From contig JBGTEZ010000239.1 of NCBI GenBank assembly GCA_041747535.1, positions 1-48,813 on the forward strand: 48,813 bases of DNA, in the 5' to 3' direction. Below, in pieces: positions 11,751-21,361 of this stretch (positions within the stretch are counted from its first letter, which is position 1; every line of letters begins with the position of its first letter). The stretch is from Gemmatimonadaceae bacterium. Lineage in GTDB: Bacteria; Gemmatimonadota; Gemmatimonadetes; Gemmatimonadales; Gemmatimonadaceae. The translations under genes were made by a program, and so were the position numbers. The notes beneath the pieces were generated by a model that made no database searches, was not told the DNA's origin, and was given only the letters and a program-made list of their open reading frames with translations.

Positions 11751-13058
11751 ATGTCCAGGCGAACCGTCGAAGTCGAGCTTTCAACCTCCGGGCTCGACAA
11801 GCATGGCCGGCCGCAGCGCATTCCGCTTGTCACGAACGACGGCGGGACAGCCGTGGCTGTTGAACCCCCACCGGGGATAGAGCCGGATCTCGATGGTGAG
11901 CACATGCTCATCAACATTGGCCCACAGCATCCCGCGACTCACGGCGTGCTGCGGCTGGTGCTCGAGCTCGACGGCGAGACCGTCGTTCGCTGCATTCCGC
12001 ACATCGGCTATCTGCACTGCGGGTTCGAGAAGATCGGCGAGTACCGCCAGTACAACCAGATCATATGCTGGACCGATCGCGAAGACTACCTGAACTCACT
12101 CGGCAACAACGTCGCGTTCGCGCTCGGAGCGGAGCGGCTGTTCGGCATCGAGATCACCGAGCGCTGCAAGGTTCTGCGGGTGATCGCCGCCGAGCTGTCG
12201 CGCATCATGTCGCATCTGGTCTGGCTCGGAACGTTTTGCATCGACATCGGCGCATTCACGCCGTTCCTCTGGGCGTTCCAGCGGCGTGAGGAGATTTACC
12301 GGCTGATCGAGAAGTGGGTCGGAGCGCGTCTCACCACCTCCGCGACGCGAGTTGGCGGTATGGCGGCCGACATTCCGTCCGGATGGATGGATGGCCTGCG
12401 CCGCTTCAATCACACCTTCCCGCAGACGCTCGACGAGATCGATCGCGTGCTCACCAAAAACGCGATCTGGGTCGGCCGCACGGTCGGGCTCGGAGTGATG
12501 AACCCCACCGAAGCGGTGAATTGGGGACTCTCGGGTCCAATGCTGCGCGCGTCGGGCGTTGCCTACGATGTGCGAAAGGATTTCCCATACCTCGATTACG
12601 AGACCTACGACTTCGATGTCCCGGTCGGAACGAGCGGCGATGTATACGACCGCTACCTGGTGCGCTTCGAGGAGATGCGGCAATCGGTGCGAATTCTCAT
12701 TCAGGCCGCCGAGAGGCTCCCCGATGGACCCGTCAACATCGACGATCCGCGGGTGATTCTCCCGCCCAAGTCGAAGGCGACCAGCGAGATGGAATCGATG
12801 ATCCACCACTTCAAGGTCGTGATGGAAGGTCCGCGTCCTCCAATCGGGGAGTCGTACGTGGCGGTCGAGAGCCCCAAGGGGGAGAAGGGCTACTATATGG
12901 TTTCCGACGGAACGTCGAAGCCGGTACGCTGGCGGATCCGTCCGCCGTCGTTCGTGAATCTCGCGGCAATCCCGAAGATGGTGGAAGGTCACCTGCTCTC
13001 CGACGTGATCGCCATCAACGCCAGCATCGACATCGTGATGGGAGAGATCGACCGTTGA
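11751..13058 (+). CDS. nuoD: NADH-quinone oxidoreductase subunit D
   Basis: GPQHPATHGVLR, GYLH, ELSRI, GPMLRASG, ESPKGE and DIVMGEIDR. Confidence 0.96.
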   Translation: MSRRTVEVELSTSGLDKHGRPQRIPLVTNDGGTAVAVEPPPGIEPDLDGEHMLINIGPQHPATHGVLRLVLELDGETVVRCIPHIGYLHCGFEKIGEYRQYNQIICWTDREDYLNSLGNNVAFALGAERLFGIEITERCKVLRVIAAELSRIMSHLVWLGTFCIDIGAFTPFLWAFQRREEIYRLIEKWVGARLTTSATRVGGMAADIPSGWMDGLRRFNHTFPQTLDEIDRVLTKNAIWVGRTVGLGVMNPTEAVNWGLSGPMLRASGVAYDVRKDFPYLDYETYDFDVPVGTSGDVYDRYLVRFEEMRQSVRILIQAAERLPDGPVNIDDPRVILPPKSKATSEMESMIHHFKVVMEGPRPPIGESYVAVESPKGEKGYYMVSDGTSKPVRWRIRPPSFVNLAAIPKMVEGHLLSDVIAINASIDIVMGEIDR

Positions 13059-13618
13059 TGCCGCCGGCGCCCGAGACAATGGGCGGACCCGAATCGCCAG
13101 ACTACGCTTCGCACGACCACGCCGCTCACGCTCCATACGAGCCGGTGTTCGTCGCCGGCAGTGCGTCGCGTCGCGAGCTCGACGAGCTCATTCCGCGATA
13201 TCCGCAGAAAATGGCGGCGCTCCTGCCCGCGCTCTGGATCGTACAGCGCGAGAGAGGGTGGGTGAGCAACGAGGGAATGGCGGAGGTCGCCGCGCTGCTC
13301 GAACTGACCCCCGCCTACGTGAAAGGCGTGGTCACGTTCTACACGATGTACCACCAGCACCCGGTCGGGAAATACTTCATTCAGGTCTGCACAACGTCGC
13401 CGTGCGGCATCTGCGGGGCGGAAGACGTCGTGAAGGCGTTCGTTCGCCACACCAACACCGGCGAGCTCGGTGTCACGTCAGCCGACGGCAGGTTCACCGT
13501 GATTGAAGTCGAATGTCTCGGCGCCTGCGGGTTCGCGACGCCGGTGATGATCAACGAAGAGTTCATCGAGTCAGTCACTCCGGCGAAAGTGCCGAACATC
13601 CTCGCCGCGCTGAAATAA
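13058..13618 (+). CDS. nuoE: NADH-quinone oxidoreductase subunit E
   Basis: VTFYTMY, CTTSPC and ECLGAC (cluster N1a). Confidence 0.94.
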   Translation: MPPAPETMGGPESPDYASHDHAAHAPYEPVFVAGSASRRELDELIPRYPQKMAALLPALWIVQRERGWVSNEGMAEVAALLELTPAYVKGVVTFYTMYHQHPVGKYFIQVCTTSPCGICGAEDVVKAFVRHTNTGELGVTSADGRFTVIEVECLGACGFATPVMINEEFIESVTPAKVPNILAALK

Positions 13619-14931
13619 TGGGTTATCCACACCAGCCGCACCAAAGAGAAACGACGGTCCTGTCCCGCTACTTCGGCGATGCTGAAGCACGGACGCTCGC
13701 GGGGTGGAAGAACCGCGGCGGCTATCAGGCGCTCGAGAAGGCGCTGGCGATGGCACCGGCGGATATCGTCAATGTCGTCAAGGAGTCGGGCCTGAGGGGC
13801 CGCGGCGGCGCCGGATTTCCAACCGGAATGAAGTGGTCGTTCATGAAGCCGGGCGACGGCAAGCCGCATTATCTCTGCTGCAACGCGGACGAGTCCGAGC
13901 CTGGGACCTTCAAGGACCGCGAGCTGATGCGCTGGACGCCTCACGCGCTCGTCGAGGGCTGTGCGATCGGCGCCTACGCCATTGGGGCGGAGACTGCCTA
14001 TATCTACATCCGCGGCGAGTTCACCGAGCCGCTGCACTGGATGAACGAAGCGGTCAAGGAAGCGTACGCGGCGGGCATCATCGGCAGGAACGCGATGGGA
14101 ACCGGCAAGCGAATCGACGTCCACGTCCACAAGGGCGCCGGCGCGTACATCTGCGGCGAAGAAACCGCGCTGATGAACTCGCTCGAGGGACGCCGCGGAA
14201 ACCCGCGCATCAAGCCGCCGTTCCCGGCGGTGTCCGGTGTGTTCGGCATGCCGACGACCATCAATAACGTCGAGACGCTCATCGCGGCCATCCCGATCCT
14301 GATGAATGGCGCCGATTGGTACAGGAAGATGTCGCTGTCCAATCCGAAGAGCACCGGCACCAAGCTCTACTCGGTCTGCGGAAACATCGAGCGTCCCGGC
14401 ACCTACGAAGTCGTGATGGGATTCCCGTTCCGCGACTTCCTCTACGACGTTTGCGGCGGTCCTCTGCCCGGGCGGAAGTTCAAGGCAGTGATCCCCGGTG
14501 GCGTGTCGGTACCCATCCAGTCAATGGAAGAAGCGGAAGCAACACTCATGGACTATGAGGGTTTCGTCGCACAGGGCTCAATGCTCGGTTCGGGCGGCGT
14601 GATCCTTATCGACGATGCGCAGTCGATGGTTGCCGTCATCGCGCGAATCGCCCGCTTCTTCGCGCACGAGAGCTGCGCGCAGTGCACGCAGTGCCGTGAG
14701 GGCACCGCATGGACGACGAAGATTCTGGAAAGGATCCGGGATGGCCAGGGAACCACAGAGGATCTGGATACACTGCTCGACATCGCGGAGCAGATGACGG
14801 GGAAAACCATCTGCGTGCTGAGCGATTCGTGCGCGACGCCGGTCGTTTCGGGAATCAAGAAGTTCGGCCGTGAGTTCGAGGCTTTGATTCAGGGCCGGAC
14901 GTATGTGTCGGTGATGGAGGCGGTCGCCTGA
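13618..14931 (+). CDS. nuoF: NADH-quinone oxidoreductase subunit F
   Basis: GLRGRGGAGFPTG, NADESEPG, GAGAYICGEETAL and SCAQCTQCREG...C (cluster N3). Confidence 0.96.
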   Translation: MGYPHQPHQRETTVLSRYFGDAEARTLAGWKNRGGYQALEKALAMAPADIVNVVKESGLRGRGGAGFPTGMKWSFMKPGDGKPHYLCCNADESEPGTFKDRELMRWTPHALVEGCAIGAYAIGAETAYIYIRGEFTEPLHWMNEAVKEAYAAGIIGRNAMGTGKRIDVHVHKGAGAYICGEETALMNSLEGRRGNPRIKPPFPAVSGVFGMPTTINNVETLIAAIPILMNGADWYRKMSLSNPKSTGTKLYSVCGNIERPGTYEVVMGFPFRDFLYDVCGGPLPGRKFKAVIPGGVSVPIQSMEEAEATLMDYEGFVAQGSMLGSGGVILIDDAQSMVAVIARIARFFAHESCAQCTQCREGTAWTTKILERIRDGQGTTEDLDTLLDIAEQMTGKTICVLSDSCATPVVSGIKKFGREFEALIQGRTYVSVMEAVA

Positions 14932-16508
14932 TGCCGGAGAAGAAGATGATTACCCTGACCATCGAAGGCCGTCAGGTGAGCGTGCCCGAGGGCACGACGA
15001 TTCTCGAAGCGGCGAAGCAGGTCGGCGTGCTGATCCCGCACTATTGCTATCATCCCGGCCTTCCGGTCGCCGGCGTCTGTCGCATGTGTCTCGTGGACGT
15101 AGAGAAGGCGCCGAAGCTCGCGCCTTCATGCGCCACGACGGTGGCCGACGGGCAGGTGGTCCACGTTTACAACGACAAGTCGCTCGAAGCGCGGAAGGGC
15201 GTCCTCGAGATGCTGCTGATCAATCATCCGCTCGACTGTCCGATCTGCGACCAGTCCGGCGAGTGTGAGCTTCAGGACTACACCTATCAGGAAGGCCGCG
15301 AGGACTCACGCTACCGCGAGCCGAAGCGCTTCAATCCGGCTGAGGATTTCGGGGGAGACGTCGTCTACGTACCGAACCGCTGCATCCTGTGTACACGCTG
15401 CGTGCGCTTCATGGACGACGTTGCCCAGGATCCCGTTCTCAATGTCAGCGAGCGCGGCGATCGCGCCGTGATCGGAAAGTTCGACGGCCGGGACCTGACG
15501 CACCCATGGGCGGCCAATGTCGTCGATCTCTGCCCGGTCGGCGCCCTCTTGTCCAAGGACTTCCTGAACAAGGCGCGCGCGTGGGAGCTGGATCGCACCG
15601 CCTCGGTCTGCCCGAATTGTACACAGGGCTGCAACGTGATGATGGAGACGCGCGAGAACCAGGTCGTGCGCATCCGCCCCCGTCCCAACGAGTACGTGAA
15701 CGCGTACTTCATGTGCGACTGGGGCCGTCTCAATTATCGGTGGATGAACGAGAAGAACCGCGTCGAGCGGCCGATGATACGGCAGGCCGGTGGCTTGAGC
15801 CCCGTGAGCTGGGAGCGCGCGATTTCTGCCGCCGCCGCGAGCCTCAAGGGCAGGCGGGTGTTTGTCGCGGCGTCGCCGATGCTGTCGAATGAAGCGTTGT
15901 TCCTCCTCACCCAGCTGATGGCGAGCGGCTCCTTCCGCGTTACCGAAGGGGACGAGGCGCCACTGCCGGGGATCGAAGACCTGGCACTCCGCCGCGAGCG
16001 GGCCGCCAACGTTCATGGCGCCGAGGCGCTTGGGTTCACGAAGACGCGCGATCTGCTTGGCGGTCTGGCGCAGGGCGATGTGCTCGTCGTGGCCGGGGAG
16101 GACCTCGCGGGGATCGATCCCGCTGCACTGAGCAAGGCGAGCGAGATAGTCGTGCTCGGCTCCGTGCTGCCGTCTGGCGTCACGAATCCTGCCGTCGTTC
16201 TGCCGATCGCGAACTTCGCCGAGGAGGAGGGTACGGTCACCAATCTCCGCGGGCGTGTGCAGCGCTTCACGCAGGCGAGGCAGGCTCCCGGTGAAACTCG
16301 CCCCAGCTGGCTCGTGCTCGGCGATCTGCTCGGCGCGATGGGGAAGCAGTCCAGCTTCTTCCTCCCGTCGGACGTTTTCGCCCGCCTCGCGTCGAGTCAT
16401 AAGGCATTCGCGGGCCTGAGCTACGACACGCTCGGCTTCAAGGGTCTGCCGCTCGCGACGGCCGAGGCAACGGGACCGAAAGCGCCGCTCGCGATGGGTC
16501 TCGCGTGA
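14931..16508 (+). CDS. nuoG: NADH-quinone oxidoreductase subunit G (short form, 525 aa)
   Basis: CYHP...CRMC (N1b), HPLDCPICD...C (N5), CILCTRC...CP (N4) and CPNCTQGC-x27-C (N7). Confidence 0.92.
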   Translation: MPEKKMITLTIEGRQVSVPEGTTILEAAKQVGVLIPHYCYHPGLPVAGVCRMCLVDVEKAPKLAPSCATTVADGQVVHVYNDKSLEARKGVLEMLLINHPLDCPICDQSGECELQDYTYQEGREDSRYREPKRFNPAEDFGGDVVYVPNRCILCTRCVRFMDDVAQDPVLNVSERGDRAVIGKFDGRDLTHPWAANVVDLCPVGALLSKDFLNKARAWELDRTASVCPNCTQGCNVMMETRENQVVRIRPRPNEYVNAYFMCDWGRLNYRWMNEKNRVERPMIRQAGGLSPVSWERAISAAAASLKGRRVFVAASPMLSNEALFLLTQLMASGSFRVTEGDEAPLPGIEDLALRRERAANVHGAEALGFTKTRDLLGGLAQGDVLVVAGEDLAGIDPAALSKASEIVVLGSVLPSGVTNPAVVLPIANFAEEEGTVTNLRGRVQRFTQARQAPGETRPSWLVLGDLLGAMGKQSSFFLPSDVFARLASSHKAFAGLSYDTLGFKGLPLATAEATGPKAPLAMGLA

Positions 16509-17791
16509 TCGTACCAGCCGGCATGTACGCACTGCTCCAGGCGGCCGATCCGAATCAGCCGCCGGTGAGCGGGATGGCCTTTTATCTCTTCACGACCGTG
16601 AAGATGATCATCATCTTCACGATCTACATGGTGGGGGTCGCGATGCTGACTCTCGCCGAGCGAAAGATCTCGGCGTGGATCCAGGACCGGCATGGCCCCA
16701 ATCGCGTCGGGAAGGGCTGGCTTCAGCCCGCGGCGGACGGTCTCAAGAACATCATGAAGGAGGAGACGATGCCGGCGGGCGTCAACAAGCCGCTCTTCGT
16801 GATGGCACCGATCATCTCGTTCATACCGGCGCTGACTGCCTGGTGCGTGATTCCATTCGGCGCTCCCCTGCCGACGCGGTGGGGCCGGATCGACATGGTG
16901 GTCGCCGATCTCCCCGTTGGATTTCTGTTCATTCTCGCCCTGACATCGCTTTCGGTATACGGGATCGTGCTCGCGGGCTGGTCGTCGAACAACAAGTACG
17001 CGCTGCTCGGCGGCCTCCGCTCGAGCGCCCAAATGGTGTCCTACGAGATCTCGATGGGCATGGCGACGATTCCCGTTCTGCTGCTTGCCGGCAACGTCGG
17101 CCTCAACAAGATCATCGAGCAGCAGGCGTGGGGCGGCTGGAACGTGGTGAACCTCACCGTCGCGTTCTTCATCTTCATGGTCGCCGCCTTTGCCGAGACC
17201 AACAGGCTCCCGTTCGATCTCCCCGAAGCGGAATCCGAGCTTATCGCCGGCTACCACACCGAGTACAGCGCGATGAAGTTCTCGCTTTTCTTCATCTCCG
17301 AGTACGCGGGCATGGTGACTGCGAGCGCGCTGATGGCGACGCTCTTCTTCGGCGGCTGGGATGTGCCGTTCACGTCACGTGACAACATTGGGCCGTACAG
17401 CGGGTGGCTCACGCTCCTGTCGGTCGGAATCTTCCTGCTCAAGATCCTTTTCTTCCTCTTCCTCTTCATGTGGATTCGCTGGACGCTGCCGCGGTTCCGC
17501 TATGACCAGCTGATGTCGCTCGGGTGGAAGTTCATGCTTCCGCTCGCGCTCGTTTACATCGTCCTGATCGCGGCGGTGATGCTCGGGCTGAGCGCGGCCG
17601 ATATCCAGCCCGGGAAGATGTACGCGACCGTCCTCGGATCGGTGAACGTGGCGATTGTGATACTCCTCTTCGCGATCCTCGATCGCGGACGGCTCATCAG
17701 CCCGGCCTATGGGCGGATGCACCCACGAGAGATAGAGCGCATGCGCCAGGTGACGCGGCGCGCGCAGCTTGCCGCGGAGGCAAACAGGTAA
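16505..17791 (+). CDS. nuoH: NADH-quinone oxidoreductase subunit H
   Basis: ERK, GPNRVG, LQPAADGLK, SYE, ETNRLPFDLPEAESEL and PRFRYDQLM. Confidence 0.96.
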   Translation: MIVPAGMYALLQAADPNQPPVSGMAFYLFTTVKMIIIFTIYMVGVAMLTLAERKISAWIQDRHGPNRVGKGWLQPAADGLKNIMKEETMPAGVNKPLFVMAPIISFIPALTAWCVIPFGAPLPTRWGRIDMVVADLPVGFLFILALTSLSVYGIVLAGWSSNNKYALLGGLRSSAQMVSYEISMGMATIPVLLLAGNVGLNKIIEQQAWGGWNVVNLTVAFFIFMVAAFAETNRLPFDLPEAESELIAGYHTEYSAMKFSLFFISEYAGMVTASALMATLFFGGWDVPFTSRDNIGPYSGWLTLLSVGIFLLKILFFLFLFMWIRWTLPRFRYDQLMSLGWKFMLPLALVYIVLIAAVMLGLSAADIQPGKMYATVLGSVNVAIVILLFAILDRGRLISPAYGRMHPREIERMRQVTRRAQLAAEANR

Positions 17792-18291
17792 TGTCAATCA
17801 ATGTGAAGGTGGTCGAGCGACCGGTCGAGGAAGTGAGCTATGTGCGGGCGACGCTCAAGGGCATGGGGCTCACGCTCAAGCATCTATTCGCCGTGAATGA
17901 CAGAGTCACGGTGCAATATCCGGAAGAAAAGTCACCCATATCGCCAAGGTGGCGCGGCACCCACCGGATGCTGACGACGGAAACCGGAAAAGCGAAATGC
18001 GTCGCATGCGGGTTGTGCCCGACTGTATGTCCCGCCAACTGCATCAAGCTCGTACCGGGTGAGGACGAGGAAGGGAACCGGTATCCGCTCGTCTTCGAGA
18101 TCGACGAGTTCCGCTGCATTTTCTGCGGGTATTGCCAGGAAGTCTGCCCCGAAGAGGCAATACATGTCGGCCGTCACTACGAGAACTCCGAGTACAGCCG
18201 CGACGGATTCGTGTACGATCTGCAACGACTGATGGAACAGTCGCATCCCGTGTGTGAGATGTGGGACCCCGAAAACCCCAAGGGCGAGTGA
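17791..18291 (+). CDS. nuoI: NADH-quinone oxidoreductase subunit I
   Basis: TVQYPEE, CVACGLCPTVCP and CIFCGYCQEVCP. Confidence 0.95.
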   Translation: MSINVKVVERPVEEVSYVRATLKGMGLTLKHLFAVNDRVTVQYPEEKSPISPRWRGTHRMLTTETGKAKCVACGLCPTVCPANCIKLVPGEDEEGNRYPLVFEIDEFRCIFCGYCQEVCPEEAIHVGRHYENSEYSRDGFVYDLQRLMEQSHPVCEMWDPENPKGE

Positions 18292-18842
18292 TGGAACCCC
18301 ACTACCCGCTCTTTTACACTTTTCACTTCTATCTCTTCGGCGTGATCGCGCTCGCTTCGGCGATTGCGTTCGTGACGCGCAAGAGTCCGGTCGCCGCGGC
18401 GCTCTGGCTCGTCAACACCATGTTCAGCCTCGCCGCGCTGTTCGTGATGCTCGAAGCGGAATTCATCGGCGTGATCCAGGTGCTCGTGTACGCCGGCGCG
18501 ATCATGGTGGTGTTCGTGTTCGTGATCATGCTGCTCAATCTCGGGCACCCCGCCGAGCTGGCGCAGGCGCGGGGCAAGTGGTGGAAGATCGCGGCGGGAG
18601 TTGTCGGTTTGGTGCTGCTCGCCGAGATAATGGTCATCTCGCGCGGTGGCCTCCCCGCGTCTCTCGTCGTCGCCCCGGGGCACAACGCGCGCGAGGTGCA
18701 GGAGCTGAATGTGGTTGGCATGATCGCCAAGCCGCTTTTCACCGAGTATCTGCTGGCCTTCGAGCTGACCAGCGTTCTCCTGCTCGTAGCCATTGCCGGC
18801 GCCGTGGTCCTCGGCAGAGGGAGGGCCGTCCGTGCTCGCTGA
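18291..18842 (+). CDS. nuoJ: NADH-quinone oxidoreductase subunit J
   Basis: [20 protein letters not shown] and [12 protein letters not shown]. Confidence 0.94.
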   Translation: MEPHYPLFYTFHFYLFGVIALASAIAFVTRKSPVAAALWLVNTMFSLAALFVMLEAEFIGVIQVLVYAGAIMVVFVFVIMLLNLGHPAELAQARGKWWKIAAGVVGLVLLAEIMVISRGGLPASLVVAPGHNAREVQELNVVGMIAKPLFTEYLLAFELTSVLLLVAIAGAVVLGRGRAVRAR

Positions 18843-19125
18843 GTCACTCGCGCTGACGGCGGCGCTGTTCACGATCGGCGTGATCGGCGTCCTCACCCAT
18901 CGCAACGCGATCATCATCTTCATGTGCGTCGAGCTGATGCTCACCTCGGTGAACCTGACCTTCGTCGCCTTCTCGAGATTTTACGGGGCGGCCGGACAGG
19001 TGTTCGTCGTCTTCGTCATGACCGTTTCGGCGGCTGAGGCGGCTGTTGGGCTGGCCATCATCATCGCGATCTTCCGCCACCGGCAGACGATCAATCTGAA
19101 GGACATCAATCTGCTGCGAGGATGA
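18832..19125 (+). CDS. nuoK: NADH-quinone oxidoreductase subunit K
   Basis: [20 protein letters not shown] and C-terminal LRG. Confidence 0.94.
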   Translation: MLAESLALTAALFTIGVIGVLTHRNAIIIFMCVELMLTSVNLTFVAFSRFYGAAGQVFVVFVMTVSAAEAAVGLAIIIAIFRHRQTINLKDINLLRG

Positions 19126-21353
19126 TGATCCTCCTTCTGCAGGCGGTGACGACACCGGCGACACTCGCTTCGCATCCCCTGTCCGGTACGGCGGCGGAAT
19201 GGCTCTGGCTGCTGCCGCTCCTGCCGCTCCTCGGCTTCGTCATCAACGGATTGCTTTCGCTCAACGGTGCCCGTTTCGGGCCAGGCGATCCGAACACTCC
19301 GGGTCATCATCCGCACTCCGGAGCGGCTGCGGATGCACCGGCGATTTCCCACGCCGAGCAGGCGGGAGCGGCAGGCGACGATCATCACGCCGTCAAGCGG
19401 CACAAGTGGGCAGGCGTGGTGAGCATCGTCGGGCCTGGCGTTCTGATCCTGTCGTTCGGGCTGGCGATCGCGATGTTCTTCGCGATGACGGGTGCCGGCG
19501 TCGATTCGCCGTTCGTCCAGAGCTATTTCACGTGGATGGCGACGGGCGATCTCGGAATCGACGCTGCCTTCCAGCTCGACCAGCTGTCGATAGTCATGGT
19601 CCTGGTGATCACCGGCGTCGGCAGCCTCATACACATCTTCAGTATCGGGTACATGCGCGATGATCCCGGGTACCCCCGGTTTTTCGCGTATCTGAATCTG
19701 TTCGTGTTCTTCATGCTGGTGCTGGTGCTCGGCGCGAACTACCCCGTGCTCTTCGTCGGTTGGGAAGGGGTCGGGCTCTGCTCCTACCTGCTGATCGGGT
19801 TCTGGTTTTCGGACAAGGCGAACGCTGACGCGGGCAAGAAGGCTTTCATCGTCAATCGGATCGGAGATTTCGGGCTGCTGGTCGCGATGTTCCTGCTCTT
19901 CGCGAACCTGGGCGTCCTGGATTTCGTCGGCGTCAACGCGCGGGCGATCGAGCTCCCGGCCGGCGGCGCGCTGATAACCGCGATATGCCTGTTCATGTTT
20001 CTCGGCTGCGCCGGAAAGAGCGCTCAGATCCCGCTCTACGTCTGGCTGCCCGATGCGATGGCGGGCCCGACACCCGTGTCCGCGCTGATCCACGCCGCGA
20101 CGATGGTGACAGCCGGGGTGTATCTGATCGCCCGCAGCGCCGTCCTGTTTTCGCTCTCACCGGTCGCTTCACTCACCGTCGCGGTGATTGGCGCGGTGAC
20201 GGCGTTGTTCGCCGCTACGATCGGCCTCAAGCAGTGGGACATCAAGAAGGTGTTGGCGTATTCCACGATTTCGCAGCTCGGGTACATGTTCATCGGTGTC
20301 GGAGTCGGCGCCTACGTGTCGGGAGTATTCCACCTCGTGACCCACTCGTTTTTCAAGGCGCTGCTTTTCCTCGGCGCCGGCTCGGTGATTCACGCCATGC
20401 ACGCTGCGTATCATCGGACCCACAGCCACGAGGACGCGCAGGACATGCGGAACATGGGCGGGCTGCGGCGGTTTCTGCCCGTGACCTGGGTGTTGATGTG
20501 GCTGGCCACGCTCGCGATCGCGGGGATTCCGCCGTTCGCCGGGTTCTTCTCCAAGGATGAGATCCTCGCTTCCGCGTTCGAGCGCGCCCACGGGTCGACA
20601 TTGGCTTCGGCGACGTGGCTCGGAATTCCCGGCAGCACTGTCCTGTACATCATCTACGGGATCGGGATCGTATCCGCGTTTCTCACCGCGGTCTACATGA
20701 CGCGAATGATGCTCTACACCTTCCACGGCCCGACGCGAACCGGCGCCGAGGAGGAGAAGCACCTGCACGAAGCGCCGTGGGTGATGACGGCTCCTCTGGT
20801 CGTGCTGGGCGTCCTGAGCGTGATTGGCGGCTGGCTCGACCTTCCGGAAGTGATCACCGACCTCGTCCCTCTCGGCCCGGGCGAGTTGCTCGGGCACTGG
20901 CTGGAGCCGGTCGTCGGTGCGGCGACCGCCCGCGTCAGCGCGGGCGAAGTGCATGCCTCGGTGACGGTCGAAGAGATGCTCATCCTCGTCGCCGTGGTCA
21001 TCGCTGTCGCCGGAATTGTGTTTGCATGGGCCCGGCTCAAGCCCGCGCGCCTAGTACGCAAGCGCGACGCCGTAGCCGAGGAAGGGTTCGAGCGAGTGGT
21101 GGCAGAGAAGTATTTCGTGGACGAGGCGTACGACCGGGCGATCGTCACTCCTACCTACGCCATTTCGCGGAACGTGCTGTGGCGCGTGATCGACAATGGG
21201 ATCATCGACTCGTTTTTCGTCAATGGAAGCGCAAAGCTGGCGCAGGGATTCGGCTGGGTGGGATCGAAGCTGCAGACCGGAAACACCGGCACCTATGCGT
21301 GGGCTCTCGTCATCGGCGTTGTCGCGATGCTCGGCGCCTTTACCCTGAGATGA
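19122..21353 (+). CDS. nuoL: NADH-quinone oxidoreductase subunit L
   Basis: [45 protein letters not shown] and [10 protein letters not shown]. Confidence 0.96.
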   Translation: MMILLLQAVTTPATLASHPLSGTAAEWLWLLPLLPLLGFVINGLLSLNGARFGPGDPNTPGHHPHSGAAADAPAISHAEQAGAAGDDHHAVKRHKWAGVVSIVGPGVLILSFGLAIAMFFAMTGAGVDSPFVQSYFTWMATGDLGIDAAFQLDQLSIVMVLVITGVGSLIHIFSIGYMRDDPGYPRFFAYLNLFVFFMLVLVLGANYPVLFVGWEGVGLCSYLLIGFWFSDKANADAGKKAFIVNRIGDFGLLVAMFLLFANLGVLDFVGVNARAIELPAGGALITAICLFMFLGCAGKSAQIPLYVWLPDAMAGPTPVSALIHAATMVTAGVYLIARSAVLFSLSPVASLTVAVIGAVTALFAATIGLKQWDIKKVLAYSTISQLGYMFIGVGVGAYVSGVFHLVTHSFFKALLFLGAGSVIHAMHAAYHRTHSHEDAQDMRNMGGLRRFLPVTWVLMWLATLAIAGIPPFAGFFSKDEILASAFERAHGSTLASATWLGIPGSTVLYIIYGIGIVSAFLTAVYMTRMMLYTFHGPTRTGAEEEKHLHEAPWVMTAPLVVLGVLSVIGGWLDLPEVITDLVPLGPGELLGHWLEPVVGAATARVSAGEVHASVTVEEMLILVAVVIAVAGIVFAWARLKPARLVRKRDAVAEEGFERVVAEKYFVDEAYDRAIVTPTYAISRNVLWRVIDNGIIDSFFVNGSAKLAQGFGWVGSKLQTGNTGTYAWALVIGVVAMLGAFTLR

Positions 21354-21361
21354 GCTGAGCG

